Below, one piece after another: positions 1 through 8,925 of a stretch of DNA of 64,000 bases. The notes below the pieces were generated by a model that searched no databases, was not told the DNA's origin, and saw nothing but the letters and a program-made list of their open reading frames with translations. This DNA comes from an uncultured bacterium. Its GTDB lineage: Bacteria > Planctomycetota > UBA1135 > GCA-002686595. The first letter of the stretch is position 1. The number at the start of each line of letters is the position of its first letter. The position numbers and the translations under genes are program-made. Where the stretch lies: positions 731,345 through 795,344 of the forward strand of contig CALSNU010000004.1 in NCBI GenBank assembly GCA_943787795.1, written 5' to 3'.

Positions 1-1134
1 CAGCTTGGCATCGCCGGGGTCGGCACCATGGTCCTCCTCGCGGCCACCTTGGTGGGCCTCCGCCTGCCCGCCGCGATCTTCCCGGACGCTGGCGGGTCCT
101 TCATCGGGGACCTTCGGGCGTTGCTCGGCTGGTCCGTTGGTCTGGCGCTGGTCACGCTGCCGGTCGAGGCGTTAGGCGGCTTCTTCGTACCGAGGGCCTT
201 CCGGCGCCGCCACCCGTCCCTTGTGACCTGGATCCTGGGCTGGCTGAGGGGAGCGCTGGTCGTGGCGGTGCTGATGTCGGCCTGCGGGGCGACGACCCTC
301 GCGGCAGCGCGAGCCGCCGGATCGGGCGCCGCGATCGGTGTGTTCGGGATCCTCCTGTTCGCGCTCCTGTTCCTCCAGCTCCCGATCGCGCGCGCCGTCG
401 CAGGGCTGCGCGCGAGCCAGGCAGGGCTCGGCGCCATGGAGGAGGAACTGAAGAGCCTCGGCGCCAAGGCCCCCGCCATCACGGTCCTGGAGGCCGAGGA
501 TGAGGGCTTCACGGGGGGTATCGCAGGGCTCCCGGGGCGCGAGACGTGCGTGCTCCCGGTCGCCTGGGTTGGACGGTTCGAGCCGCGCGCGCTGGCGCTC
601 CTCGTGGACCGCCGGGCCCGCATCGTCAGCGGTGGCCTCCGAGCAGCAGGGGTGGCCCTGGCCGCCCTGTGGACCCTGGGTACCTTCGCTGCGGCGACCA
701 CCCTCCCCGGCGCAGGCCTCGCCTCCGTCGCTGGCTTCGTCGCCACCTCGCTCTGGTTCAGCCTCTTCTCCTTCGTCGGCCTCCTCGTGCTCCCCACACC
801 GAGCCGAAGGGGCACCCGGGCGGCCGATACCCGAGCGGCCGCGGAGCTCGGAGACGACGACCGAGCGCTCTTCGCCGCGACGCTCAGCGCCCTGGATCAG
901 CTGCAGGATGATGAGCCCGAGCGATCGGCATCCGTCGAGAGCATCTTCCACCCGATCCCGTCCCTCGGCTCTCGCCAGCGTGCTCTCGGAGAGCCCCCTC
1001 GAGGGCTCGCGCCCTGGCACGTTGCGCGCACCGCGATCTACCTCTCCATCGCCGGCATGAACCCCCTCCACCGCCTGGTCCACTGCAACGTGGGCCGGCC
1101 CGAGCTGTGGGCCTTCCTCCCCTCGGACGGATAG
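1..1134 (+). CDS. Multi-pass membrane protein, M48/Ste24 peptidase-like but lacking HEXXH; 5' end lies outside the window
   Basis: Frame open from position 1; several hydrophobic helices; C-terminal ADxxAA...FHPIPSLGSR resembles the M48 'HP..R' motif; no HEXXH. Confidence 0.5.
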   Translation, partial: QLGIAGVGTMVLLAATLVGLRLPAAIFPDAGGSFIGDLRALLGWSVGLALVTLPVEALGGFFVPRAFRRRHPSLVTWILGWLRGALVVAVLMSACGATTLAAARAAGSGAAIGVFGILLFALLFLQLPIARAVAGLRASQAGLGAMEEELKSLGAKAPAITVLEAEDEGFTGGIAGLPGRETCVLPVAWVGRFEPRALALLVDRRARIVSGGLRAAGVALAALWTLGTFAAATTLPGAGLASVAGFVATSLWFSLFSFVGLLVLPTPSRRGTRAADTRAAAELGDDDRALFAATLSALDQLQDDEPERSASVESIFHPIPSLGSRQRALGEPPRGLAPWHVARTAIYLSIAGMNPLHRLVHCNVGRPELWAFLPSDG

Positions 1135-1215
1135 GGGCCAGCGAGGCTCTCCATCACGGACAACGCCCGCGACCTCCCGAGGGAGATCGCGGGCGTCGCC
1201 ATCTCGGGGCCCGCA

Positions 1216-1275
1216 GCAGCGGGCCGTCGATCAGCAGGCCGTCGATCAGCGCGCCGTCGATCAGCGCGCCGTCGA
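1216..1275. repeat. 4 x 15-bp tandem repeat (TCAGCGCGCCGTCGA-like) overlapping the stop codon of the minus-strand gene
   Basis: Units at 1216, 1231, 1246, 1261. Confidence 0.85.
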
Positions 1276-2004
1276 GAGGGCGACCGGGCCGATCCAGGCG
1301 TGGTAGGACATGCGCTCGTCGTCCGGGCAGACCTCGCCCATGAACATGCGAGCGTCCTCGACGTCCGTACAGTCGAGGATGGTCATGCTGCGGCCGGCGA
1401 GCGCGCCTTCGACGCAGTCACCCTGGCAGAGCACCATGGGCCCGAGCTTCCCGAGGGTGGCGCGCATGGCCAGCGAGCTGGGGCCGGTGACGACCACGTA
1501 CGGCCGGCGGATGGCGTTCCCGCTGCCGCTCATGACGGCGCTGCGGACCATCGAGAGGTCCGTGGTGGTGACGAAGCGGGAGGCGTCGTTCCTGTAGAGC
1601 CCCGTCCCGCTCGCGGGTCCTTCGCAGCAGCGCTCGAGCGCCGAGGCGGTGTCGTCGGTGTCGAAGAACATGAGCTGCCGGACACCGCTGTTCCCGCGCG
1701 GCGCGACCACAGGGCCCGCCGCGACGAGGGAGCCGTTCATGTGCAGCCAATCCACGAACGCCGCCTGCTCGGAGGAGATCGCGGTCATCTCTGCCGACGT
1801 CGGGACCTCGTTGGCGTCGATGAGGCTCGTCGCAACGACGGTGTAGGCCTGGCCCTCAGGGCTGTACGCCGAGCCAGCGGCCGCCATGTCGACCTGCACG
1901 GCTGAGGGTTCGGCGCCGGTCTCAATGGAGGCACTCAGCTCAGGAGAGGTGGAGCAGGCTGCGAGAGCGAGGCCGGTCACGAAGATCGCCGGGAAGATGC
2001 GCAT
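1261..2004 (-). CDS. Lipoprotein, possibly YCII-like domain
   Basis: ATG 2004; MRIFPAIFVTGLALAAC lipobox; 'WLHMNGSLVAAGPV' resembles YCII-related proteins. Confidence 0.6.
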   Translation of the reverse strand: MRIFPAIFVTGLALAACSTSPELSASIETGAEPSAVQVDMAAAGSAYSPEGQAYTVVATSLIDANEVPTSAEMTAISSEQAAFVDWLHMNGSLVAAGPVVAPRGNSGVRQLMFFDTDDTASALERCCEGPASGTGLYRNDASRFVTTTDLSMVRSAVMSGSGNAIRRPYVVVTGPSSLAMRATLGKLGPMVLCQGDCVEGALAGRSMTILDCTDVEDARMFMGEVCPDDERMSYHAWIGPVALSTAR

Positions 2005-2161
2005 GTTGATCGTCAGATGTGGTTCAGGGGTGAGCGGGTCATCCGGGGGAATCTTCGACCTGCGTTTCCCCACACCTTGAGGCTCTTCACGAGACACCGC
2101 TGGCCGCTCGGTCAGCAGCCCGACATCGGCGGCGCCGAGGCCCCTCTAACCTCGGGTATCC

Positions 2162-2233
2162 CCTGACGCCTCCTGGATGCCTGACACCTCCTGGAACCCT
2201 GACACCTCCTGGAACCCCCACACCTCCTGGAAC
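2162..2233. repeat. 4 x 18-bp intergenic tandem repeat (CCTGACACCTCCTGGAAC)
   Basis: Units at 2162, 2180, 2198, 2216; no spacers. Confidence 0.9.
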
Positions 2234-2272
2234 ATCGACGAGGCCGGTGGATCGCTCCTCGGCCCCGAGCCG

Positions 2273-2812
2273 TCACCGTCGCCGAGCTCTGAAGGCGCGG
2301 AGCGCGAGGATCAGCCGCGCCGAGAGGCCGAAGTTCCACCAGAAGAACCGGTTCACGCCGCCCCAGAGCGCGCCGAAGCCCCGTCGCACATCGGTGTCGA
2401 GGCGCATGCGCAGGGTGGTCCGCCCGGGCCCGGCCTCCTCGAACCAGAACTGGAGCCGGCGCGGCCGCGCGATCCGCATGGACAGGGCGTACGAGCCATA
2501 GCCGTAGATCAGGTCGCGATACTCCGGTGACCGCACCTCGCCGATGACGCCGTGGAAGCTCATCAGCGGGCCGTGGTGTGCGTTCAGGCAGCCAGGCTCG
2601 AAGCCGCCAGGGCGGCCGTCCGGCATGGGCAGGAACTCAACCCTGAAGGGGGGCAGCTGGCCGCGCGTGAATGTCTTGGGGTCGTTGAGCCAACCCCAGA
2701 CCACCTCTCGCGGGACCCCGAAGGTCCATGCCAGCTCGAGGGCGTGGGCGCGAAACCCGGGCGGGGTCGCGCCGGTCGCCAGGGGCGCGGTGAGCTTGGG
2801 ATCGACGTCCAT
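2273..2812 (-). CDS. SRPBCC/polyketide cyclase-like ligand-binding protein
   Basis: ATG 2812; 'FGVPREVVWGWLNDP' and 'GRTTLRMRL' match the SRPBCC pattern. Confidence 0.6.
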   Translation of the reverse strand: MDVDPKLTAPLATGATPPGFRAHALELAWTFGVPREVVWGWLNDPKTFTRGQLPPFRVEFLPMPDGRPGGFEPGCLNAHHGPLMSFHGVIGEVRSPEYRDLIYGYGSYALSMRIARPRRLQFWFEEAGPGRTTLRMRLDTDVRRGFGALWGGVNRFFWWNFGLSARLILALRAFRARRR

Positions 2813-2855
2813 GGATGGAGCTATTCGCCGGCAGCCAGGCTTCGGGTGCGCGAGA

Positions 2856-3575
2856 TCAGTACCAGATGGCGACGGCTCGACCGTGCTCGTCCAGCTCGGG
2901 GGCGTGCGGGACGCGATCCGCCTCCCGCCTCGCGATACGCCGCGCCGACCACGCTGCCGCGGCAGCATCCAGGACGTCATCCACGGGGACAGCCCCCGCG
3001 TCATCGAGGGCGGAGGGAATCTCCAGCCCCTCTGCAGCGAGCAGGTCCCGCCGCTCGCACGCCCCGTTCCAGGATCGCTTGCCCGTGAGGAGCACCCGCC
3101 CGGCCATGGCTCTGAATGCGAGCTCGGGGTGGACCTCGAAGACCCGCGGGTCAGCCCGCAGCCCGTCCGCCTCGAGCACGTTATGGCGCAGCGCGTAGCT
3201 CTGAGCCGAGATGCTCTTGCCCGTGAGCGCTGTGGCCCGGACCCGAGCGTCGGCGTAGGTAGGCGCCTCGAGGACGGCCCGCGGCGGCGTCATGAAGATC
3301 GTGGCCCGCCTCGAGCCGAGCGCGAGCCGCGCCTCGGCGTCCGCTGCGCGGGGGCCCGTCTCGGGCATGCCCAGCGGGACGTCGATCCCGAAGGCGTCCG
3401 CGTCACCGTGCAGCGCGAGCACATCCTGGAGGCTCTCAAGGACCGCAGCGCCGCTGAAGCGCCCATCACGATCCACGGCGATCGTCACCCATCGGCCGCG
3501 GGTCCCATCCACGCCCACATAGGGGCCGCCCCTGTTCGCGGGGAGCTCCCTCTCGGTGCCGCTGGCCTCGTCCAT
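2856..3575 (-). CDS. DUF429 family protein (predicted RNase H-like nuclease)
   Basis: GVDGTRGRW, GIDVPLG, FEVHPELAF, DDVLDAAAAAWSA motifs. Confidence 0.85.
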   Translation of the reverse strand: MDEASGTERELPANRGGPYVGVDGTRGRWVTIAVDRDGRFSGAAVLESLQDVLALHGDADAFGIDVPLGMPETGPRAADAEARLALGSRRATIFMTPPRAVLEAPTYADARVRATALTGKSISAQSYALRHNVLEADGLRADPRVFEVHPELAFRAMAGRVLLTGKRSWNGACERRDLLAAEGLEIPSALDDAGAVPVDDVLDAAAAAWSARRIARREADRVPHAPELDEHGRAVAIWY

Positions 3576-3631
3576 GGCCGCCGTTCTACCAGCAAGCTCC
3601 GTCCGCCGCCCGCGCCGGATAGCATCGTCCC

Positions 3632-4681
3632 ATGAGAACCGCTCTCCTCGCCCTCGCCTGCCTCGCCCTCCCAGCCCTCTCCTGCAGCGGGACCGGACCC
3701 CACCACGTGCAGACCCTCGACCCACTCTCCACCGGCACAGAGTCCAGCCTCCGCGGCCTGTGCGCCGTGGACCGTGACATCGCCTGGGCAACCGGCAGCC
3801 GCGGAACCGTCGTGGTCACCTCTGATGGCGGGTCGACCTGGCGCGCGGTCGCACCCATGAAAATCGCCGAGCTCGACGTCCGTGACGTCCACGCCCTCGA
3901 CGACAGCACGGCCTGGATCATGTGCGCTGGCCCCGGCGAGAAGTCCCGCATCCTCTTCACCGAGGACGGCGGCGACACCTGGGAGGAGCAGCACCGCGAG
4001 CGGGACGAGGCGGCCTTCCTGGACGGCTTCGCCTTCTTCGACGCCGAGCACGCGCTCTGCTACGGGGACCCCATGGCGGACGGCGGCTTCCGACTGCTTC
4101 GGACCGATGACGGCGGCGCGAGCTGGATTCCCGTCACGCCGAGCCCCCTCGCCCTGCCCTCCGGCGAGGCGAGCTTCGCGGCGAGCGGCACCGGGATCCG
4201 AGCGCTGGAGTCGGGCGAGGTGTGGATCGTCACCGGCGCCAATGACGGCGTGTCCCGCGTGTTCGCGAGCTCAGCTGCTGACGGGGCACTCTGGAGCGTC
4301 TCCGATTCGACGGTCCGCGCACCCAAGCCGGCCGCCGGGGCCTTCAGCATCGCCTTCCAAGCGGACGGTCACGGCGTCCTCGTGGGCGGCGACTACCAGC
4401 GCCGGGAGGAGGGCGGCGTCCACTGCGCCTCGTGGAGCGACGATTTTGGCGCCAACTGGCACCCCTGCGAGGTCGGGCCGCGCGGGCAGCGCGCGGGCTC
4501 CGCAGCCCTCGGCGGCGGCTTGTTCGTGGCCACCGGCCAGACCGGGACCGACATCAGCCGCGACGCAGGGCGCACCTGGTCGGCCCTCTCAGACCTCGGC
4601 TTCCACTGCGTCGAGGTCTCCCCGTCCGACGGGAGCGTCTGGTTCGCCGGACCTGCCGGGCGCGCCGGACGACTCCGCTGA
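3632..4681 (+). CDS. BNR/Asp-box beta-propeller lipoprotein (Ycf48-like)
   Basis: Lipobox ALSC; repeated (S/T)xDGGxTW Asp-box motifs. Confidence 0.85.
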   Translation: MRTALLALACLALPALSCSGTGPHHVQTLDPLSTGTESSLRGLCAVDRDIAWATGSRGTVVVTSDGGSTWRAVAPMKIAELDVRDVHALDDSTAWIMCAGPGEKSRILFTEDGGDTWEEQHRERDEAAFLDGFAFFDAEHALCYGDPMADGGFRLLRTDDGGASWIPVTPSPLALPSGEASFAASGTGIRALESGEVWIVTGANDGVSRVFASSAADGALWSVSDSTVRAPKPAAGAFSIAFQADGHGVLVGGDYQRREEGGVHCASWSDDFGANWHPCEVGPRGQRAGSAALGGGLFVATGQTGTDISRDAGRTWSALSDLGFHCVEVSPSDGSVWFAGPAGRAGRLR

Positions 4682-4727
4682 TCCGGACACGAACGCCGCA
4701 CCCCGCGGCGCTATCCTCTCTGCACCG

Positions 4728-5846
4728 ATGCCGACGCTCTACTCCGCGCTCCGCCCGCTCCTGTTCCGGGCCAGCCCCGAGGGCGCTCACCACCTCAGCA
4801 TCCGCGCGGGCAAGCTCGGCCAGCGCGCGCCCGGGGTGCTGCGAGCGGTCTTTCGCTCGGGCCTCAGCCGCGAGCAGGCCGCGCGGCTCTCCGTGCGCGC
4901 TCTCGGCCTCGAGTTCGCGAACCCCATCGGGGTCGCCGCCGGCCTGGATAAGAACGCCGAGCTGATCCCCATGTGGGCGGCGGTCGGCCTCGGCTTCTGC
5001 GAGGTCGGCTCCATCAGCGCGCTCCCGAGCGCGGGCAACCCCAAGCCGCGCGCGTTCAGGCTCCCCGAGGATCGCGCGCTGGTGAACCGCATGGGCCTGA
5101 ATAACCACGGGCTCGACGCGATCGCGCGGCGCATCGAGCGGACCCGCCGCCCCGCGGGCTTCCCGCTGGCGATCAACATCGTCAAGACCCACGACCCGAG
5201 CATCCTCGGCGACGCGGGGATCCAGGACTTCGCCGCGAGCGCCCGGCGCCTCCTGCCCCTCGCGGACCTGCTCGTCCTCAATGTCTCCTGCCCGAACACC
5301 ACGGAGGGCAAGACCTTCGAGGATCCCGAGGCCCTTGAGCCCCTGCTCGACGCCGTGATGCGCGTCCGAGCGGAGCTCGCCTCCACCGTCCCCGTCCTCG
5401 TCAAGCTCTCCCCCCCCGCGACCGTGGACTTCGACAGCGCCGCCGTGGACGAGCTCGTCGACCTCTCCCTTGAGCGGGGAATCGCGGGCTTCGTCGCCAC
5501 CAACACCGCGTCGGACCGCGCCGGTCTGCGGACCTCCCCTGGACGCCTCGACGCCATCGGCCGCGGCGGCCTGAGCGGCGCCCCGCTGGCGTCCCGCGCG
5601 GAGGCTCTCGTCCGGCACCTCGCCCGCCGCGCCGGCGACCGCGCCGTGATCATCGGGGTCGGCGGGATCGACTCACCCGAGGAGGCCTATCGGCGAATCC
5701 GGGCCGGCGCCAGCCTCGTGGAGCTCTACACGGGCCTCGTGTACGAGGGGCCCGGCCTGATTCCGCGGACCGCACGGCGCCTGGTGGAACTCCTCGACGC
5801 GGACGGTCTCGAGCTCCTGGAGGATGCGGTGGGGCTCGATCGGTGA
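4728..5846 (+). CDS. pyrD: Dihydroorotate dehydrogenase (quinone), class 2
   Basis: NPIGVAAGLDKNA, GNPKPRAFRL, NRMGLNN, NVSCPNT, GGLSGAPL motifs; ATG 4728. Confidence 0.96.
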   Translation: MPTLYSALRPLLFRASPEGAHHLSIRAGKLGQRAPGVLRAVFRSGLSREQAARLSVRALGLEFANPIGVAAGLDKNAELIPMWAAVGLGFCEVGSISALPSAGNPKPRAFRLPEDRALVNRMGLNNHGLDAIARRIERTRRPAGFPLAINIVKTHDPSILGDAGIQDFAASARRLLPLADLLVLNVSCPNTTEGKTFEDPEALEPLLDAVMRVRAELASTVPVLVKLSPPATVDFDSAAVDELVDLSLERGIAGFVATNTASDRAGLRTSPGRLDAIGRGGLSGAPLASRAEALVRHLARRAGDRAVIIGVGGIDSPEEAYRRIRAGASLVELYTGLVYEGPGLIPRTARRLVELLDADGLELLEDAVGLDR

Positions 5847-6884
5847 GTGAGGCCGGATCCAACCGGAGGCGACGTGAGCCCACGTGAGAAGAGGCGCTCC
5901 AGGGGAGTGGCGTTCCTGATCCTCGCCCTGCTCTGCAGCGGGGTCATGATCGGCATCGACTCTATTCTCGGGCGCCAGCTCCTGCAGGAGCGCAGGGCCC
6001 GTCTCGAGTGGACCCCCGTGGATGCCGTGGTCCGCTCGTCCGAGGTCGAGAAGCGGCGCTCCGAGGACGGGACGACGTATTCGCCCAAGGTCGCCTTCCG
6101 GTATCGCTTCGAGGGAGCGCAGTACGAGTCGAGCAGGTACGCCTTCGGTCACTTCCGCAGCAACGACCTGGACTATGCGCGCGAGGTCGTCCATCGCCAC
6201 CCCGAGGGTTCCGCCATCAGCGTCCACGTCGATCCAGAGGACCCTGGCGAGGCGGTGGTCGACGTGACCGGCCAGGCCTTCCCCTCCTTCATCGTGGTCT
6301 TCCTGACGCCCTTCCACTGCATGGCTGTCCTGGCACTGGGGTCCGCTCTGCGGGCGCTCACCGCGGGCCGTTCACGCAGCGATCGGCGGTACCGCGACCT
6401 GGTGGCCATGGTCCGAACGGACCGGCTCATCCTCCGCGAGCCTCGGCGTGCGCCGTGGGAGATCACCCTGATCACCTTTGGCGGCCTTGCGATGCTGTGC
6501 GGCCTCCCCCTCATCTTCGCGCTCGGGCTCATGGGCGCGAGCGCGTGGACCGTGCCCGTCCTCACAGGCTGCGCCGTTGGCGCCGCAGTGAGCGCACGCG
6601 TGAGTCGGAGCCGTAACGCCCCGAGGTTCCTCCAGATCGACCGCCGCCTGGGGACCTTCGCCTTCCCCGCCGACGAGGAGGCGGCTCCGATCCGGCATGT
6701 CAGGTCACTAAAGGTCCGCTCCAGGGACTCCGACGTGGCCGTGAACGAGGTGCCGCAGTTTGATCACGTCATCACCGCCGAACTGGAAGAAGGCCCGTTG
6801 CCCGTCTTCAGCTTCCGCGGTGAACGGAACCAGGGGCAGGCTGTTCGGGACGCCCTCGCGTCCGAGTTCGGTCTCCCGTCCTGA
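5847..6884 (+). CDS. DUF3592 domain membrane protein
   Basis: TM helix followed by W..V.A.V..S...YSPKVAFRY...VHVDPEDPGEAV; further TM helices; start may be GTG 5874. Confidence 0.7.
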   Translation: MRPDPTGGDVSPREKRRSRGVAFLILALLCSGVMIGIDSILGRQLLQERRARLEWTPVDAVVRSSEVEKRRSEDGTTYSPKVAFRYRFEGAQYESSRYAFGHFRSNDLDYAREVVHRHPEGSAISVHVDPEDPGEAVVDVTGQAFPSFIVVFLTPFHCMAVLALGSALRALTAGRSRSDRRYRDLVAMVRTDRLILREPRRAPWEITLITFGGLAMLCGLPLIFALGLMGASAWTVPVLTGCAVGAAVSARVSRSRNAPRFLQIDRRLGTFAFPADEEAAPIRHVRSLKVRSRDSDVAVNEVPQFDHVITAELEEGPLPVFSFRGERNQGQAVRDALASEFGLPS

Positions 6885-6936
6885 TCCAGTTCGGCGCCCC
6901 CCTCCTCGCCGATAGGGGGTCAACGAGCGGGGCCGC

Positions 6937-7758
6937 TCAGACCATCGCCGCGAGCGCATCCCACAGGGCGCGCCTGGCCTCGAGGGCCTTCTCGGCGGCC
7001 TCGCGGGCCTCCCTTTCCTTGCGTGGATCACCGGCCAGGATCCGGCCAAGGATCCGACGCGCGAGGGGGCCGTGGTGCTCCCCGTCGGCCTCGATGTGGC
7101 GCTCGAGGTATCGCTTGAACAGCGAGCAGTCGGTGCCGCCTGCGGAGAGCTCGTCCACGATGGGGATGAACAGCTGCGGGATCACGTCTTCGCGGCCGTG
7201 GAAGAAGATGGACGCGCGAACATGGAGCGGCCCCTCGAGCAGCTCGAACGTCTGCCTGCCGAAGCGCACGGCTGCGCCTGGCAGCGCACAGTCCGAGAGG
7301 ACATCGAGCGGCGCCTCGCCCCCGCGGAGGCGCTCGGTGACGCCACGGATAGGAAGCGTGTCCGCGCCGACTTGCTCCATCGCGGCGAGGTACCACTCGT
7401 AGTGACTCAAGGCGTGCTCACCAAACTCGGCGTCCGACTCCTCGTCGAGGACGATCTCGTTGATGAACCGCGCGCCTTCTCGGTCGAGCGGCGGGGTCCA
7501 GACGGGGCCGACGCTGGTGAGGTCTCGCTGGAGACTCTTCACGATGGACATGAAGTCCAGCACACACATCACGTGGTGCTCCATGAAGTTTCGAAGCGCG
7601 ACAGGTGAGCGCAGCGTGTTGGCGCAGCGGTGCGAGGCCAGTTCGGCCTTCGCGCGGGCGACCGTCACGGAGTCGGCGGACTCGACAGTGTCGACGGGGA
7701 CAGTGTCGACGGGAACGGGGTCGACGGGGTCGACGGGGACGGAATCGATGGAGGACAT
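6937..7758 (-). CDS. DUF3050 family heme-oxygenase-like (diiron) protein
   Basis: FMEHHVxxVxDFMSxxKxLQ, INEIVLDEESD, SHYEWYLxAM, YLERHIExDGEHHGP. Confidence 0.9.
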   Translation of the reverse strand: MSSIDSVPVDPVDPVPVDTVPVDTVESADSVTVARAKAELASHRCANTLRSPVALRNFMEHHVMCVLDFMSIVKSLQRDLTSVGPVWTPPLDREGARFINEIVLDEESDAEFGEHALSHYEWYLAAMEQVGADTLPIRGVTERLRGGEAPLDVLSDCALPGAAVRFGRQTFELLEGPLHVRASIFFHGREDVIPQLFIPIVDELSAGGTDCSLFKRYLERHIEADGEHHGPLARRILGRILAGDPRKEREAREAAEKALEARRALWDALAAMV

Positions 7759-7789
7759 GCCAAGAGGCTAGCCCAATATCGCCAGTCCT

Positions 7790-8875
7790 TCAGGCTGCTG
7801 TTGCTCGCTTGGCGTTCACTTGATCGATATCGATCCCGACGCCGCGGCGCATTGTCGCGGAGTACTCCGCGAGCGGGTCCGGGAAGTAGTAGTTCCTCAT
7901 GACAGGCCGCGGCGGCATGAGCGCCAGCGACTGCGCGGAGCCTTCAGGAAAGCGGCTCGGATCGATCCAGTTGAAGGGGGTCTCGTGGACCAGTTCGAAG
8001 CGCTGGAGGACGCCCATGAAGACGGCGCGCTCGCGACCGCGATGGACGCGACTTCCCTGATGCAGCGTCGTGGAGGTATCCAGGAGCAGCATCCGACCTC
8101 GCTTGCCGGTCATCGTGACCAGGTCCCCGGGGTCCACGATCTCACGCACCGACTCGTCCGAGTAGGGACCCGCTCTCATGTACGAGCCGATCGGGCCCAG
8201 CGGGCGCTTGCCGAGCTTCCGCACGGCCTCGCGAGACGCCCTCGCCGGGAGGAAGGTAAGCGGACCATCTCGTTCATCTTCCACGTCCGTGAGCAGCACG
8301 AAGACCTTGACCTGCCGATCGTCCTCGCCGTCGAAGTGGAAGAGCTGACTTCCGACCCAGCTGCTCCGCGGTGAGTCCTCCTGACCGGGCGAGTAGCCCA
8401 CAGCAATGCGTCGCACCAGAGGCACTCCCCCGAGGTAGTCCGCGGCGCAGGCGAGCAGCTCGTCGGAGACCATGGCGTCCACGAGTTCCGGGCGCCGGTC
8501 GACCCCGTCGTCGCCGAGCAGGTCGAACGCGATCCGATACCTCCCCGGGGCCTCGGCCTTGAGCCGAGGAAGGTGGGGTCGAGCCTCCTCCACCACCCCG
8601 TCACATGAGCGAATGAGCGCATCCATGCCCGGCAATTCACCGGGTTCGACCCATCGATAGCCGAGCTCAGGGTCAATCGTCACCGGGCAGCCTGTGCGCT
8701 CGATGAGCTCCCGGCCCGCCGCCGCGCGCTCCCGCCGCGCGCCCTGGTATGAGAGCTTGCGGTGACCCTTGAGGAGCCTGAAGCCCAGCTCGCTCGCGTA
8801 GACGGCGAAGTGCAGCCTGGTCAGCAGGCCGACCTCATGGTCGGGGAGGGCATCTTTGGGGGCGGGATTGGCCAT
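7790..8875 (-). CDS. Fe(II)/2-oxoglutarate dioxygenase, PhyH-like
   Basis: FHFD (HxD) ... LTDV...GP ... DTSTTLHQG distal His. Confidence 0.75.
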   Translation of the reverse strand: MANPAPKDALPDHEVGLLTRLHFAVYASELGFRLLKGHRKLSYQGARRERAAAGRELIERTGCPVTIDPELGYRWVEPGELPGMDALIRSCDGVVEEARPHLPRLKAEAPGRYRIAFDLLGDDGVDRRPELVDAMVSDELLACAADYLGGVPLVRRIAVGYSPGQEDSPRSSWVGSQLFHFDGEDDRQVKVFVLLTDVEDERDGPLTFLPARASREAVRKLGKRPLGPIGSYMRAGPYSDESVREIVDPGDLVTMTGKRGRMLLLDTSTTLHQGSRVHRGRERAVFMGVLQRFELVHETPFNWIDPSRFPEGSAQSLALMPPRPVMRNYYFPDPLAEYSATMRRGVGIDIDQVNAKRATAA

Positions 8876-8925
8876 CGGTCGGTGGGCCCGGCAGTCCCCG
8901 GGCTCAAGTCCGACCTCAGGGCGCC

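Noticed and set aside
2162..2233. Direct repeats as a possible CRISPR array
   Set aside because: 18-bp units are contiguous with no spacers and no cas genes are present
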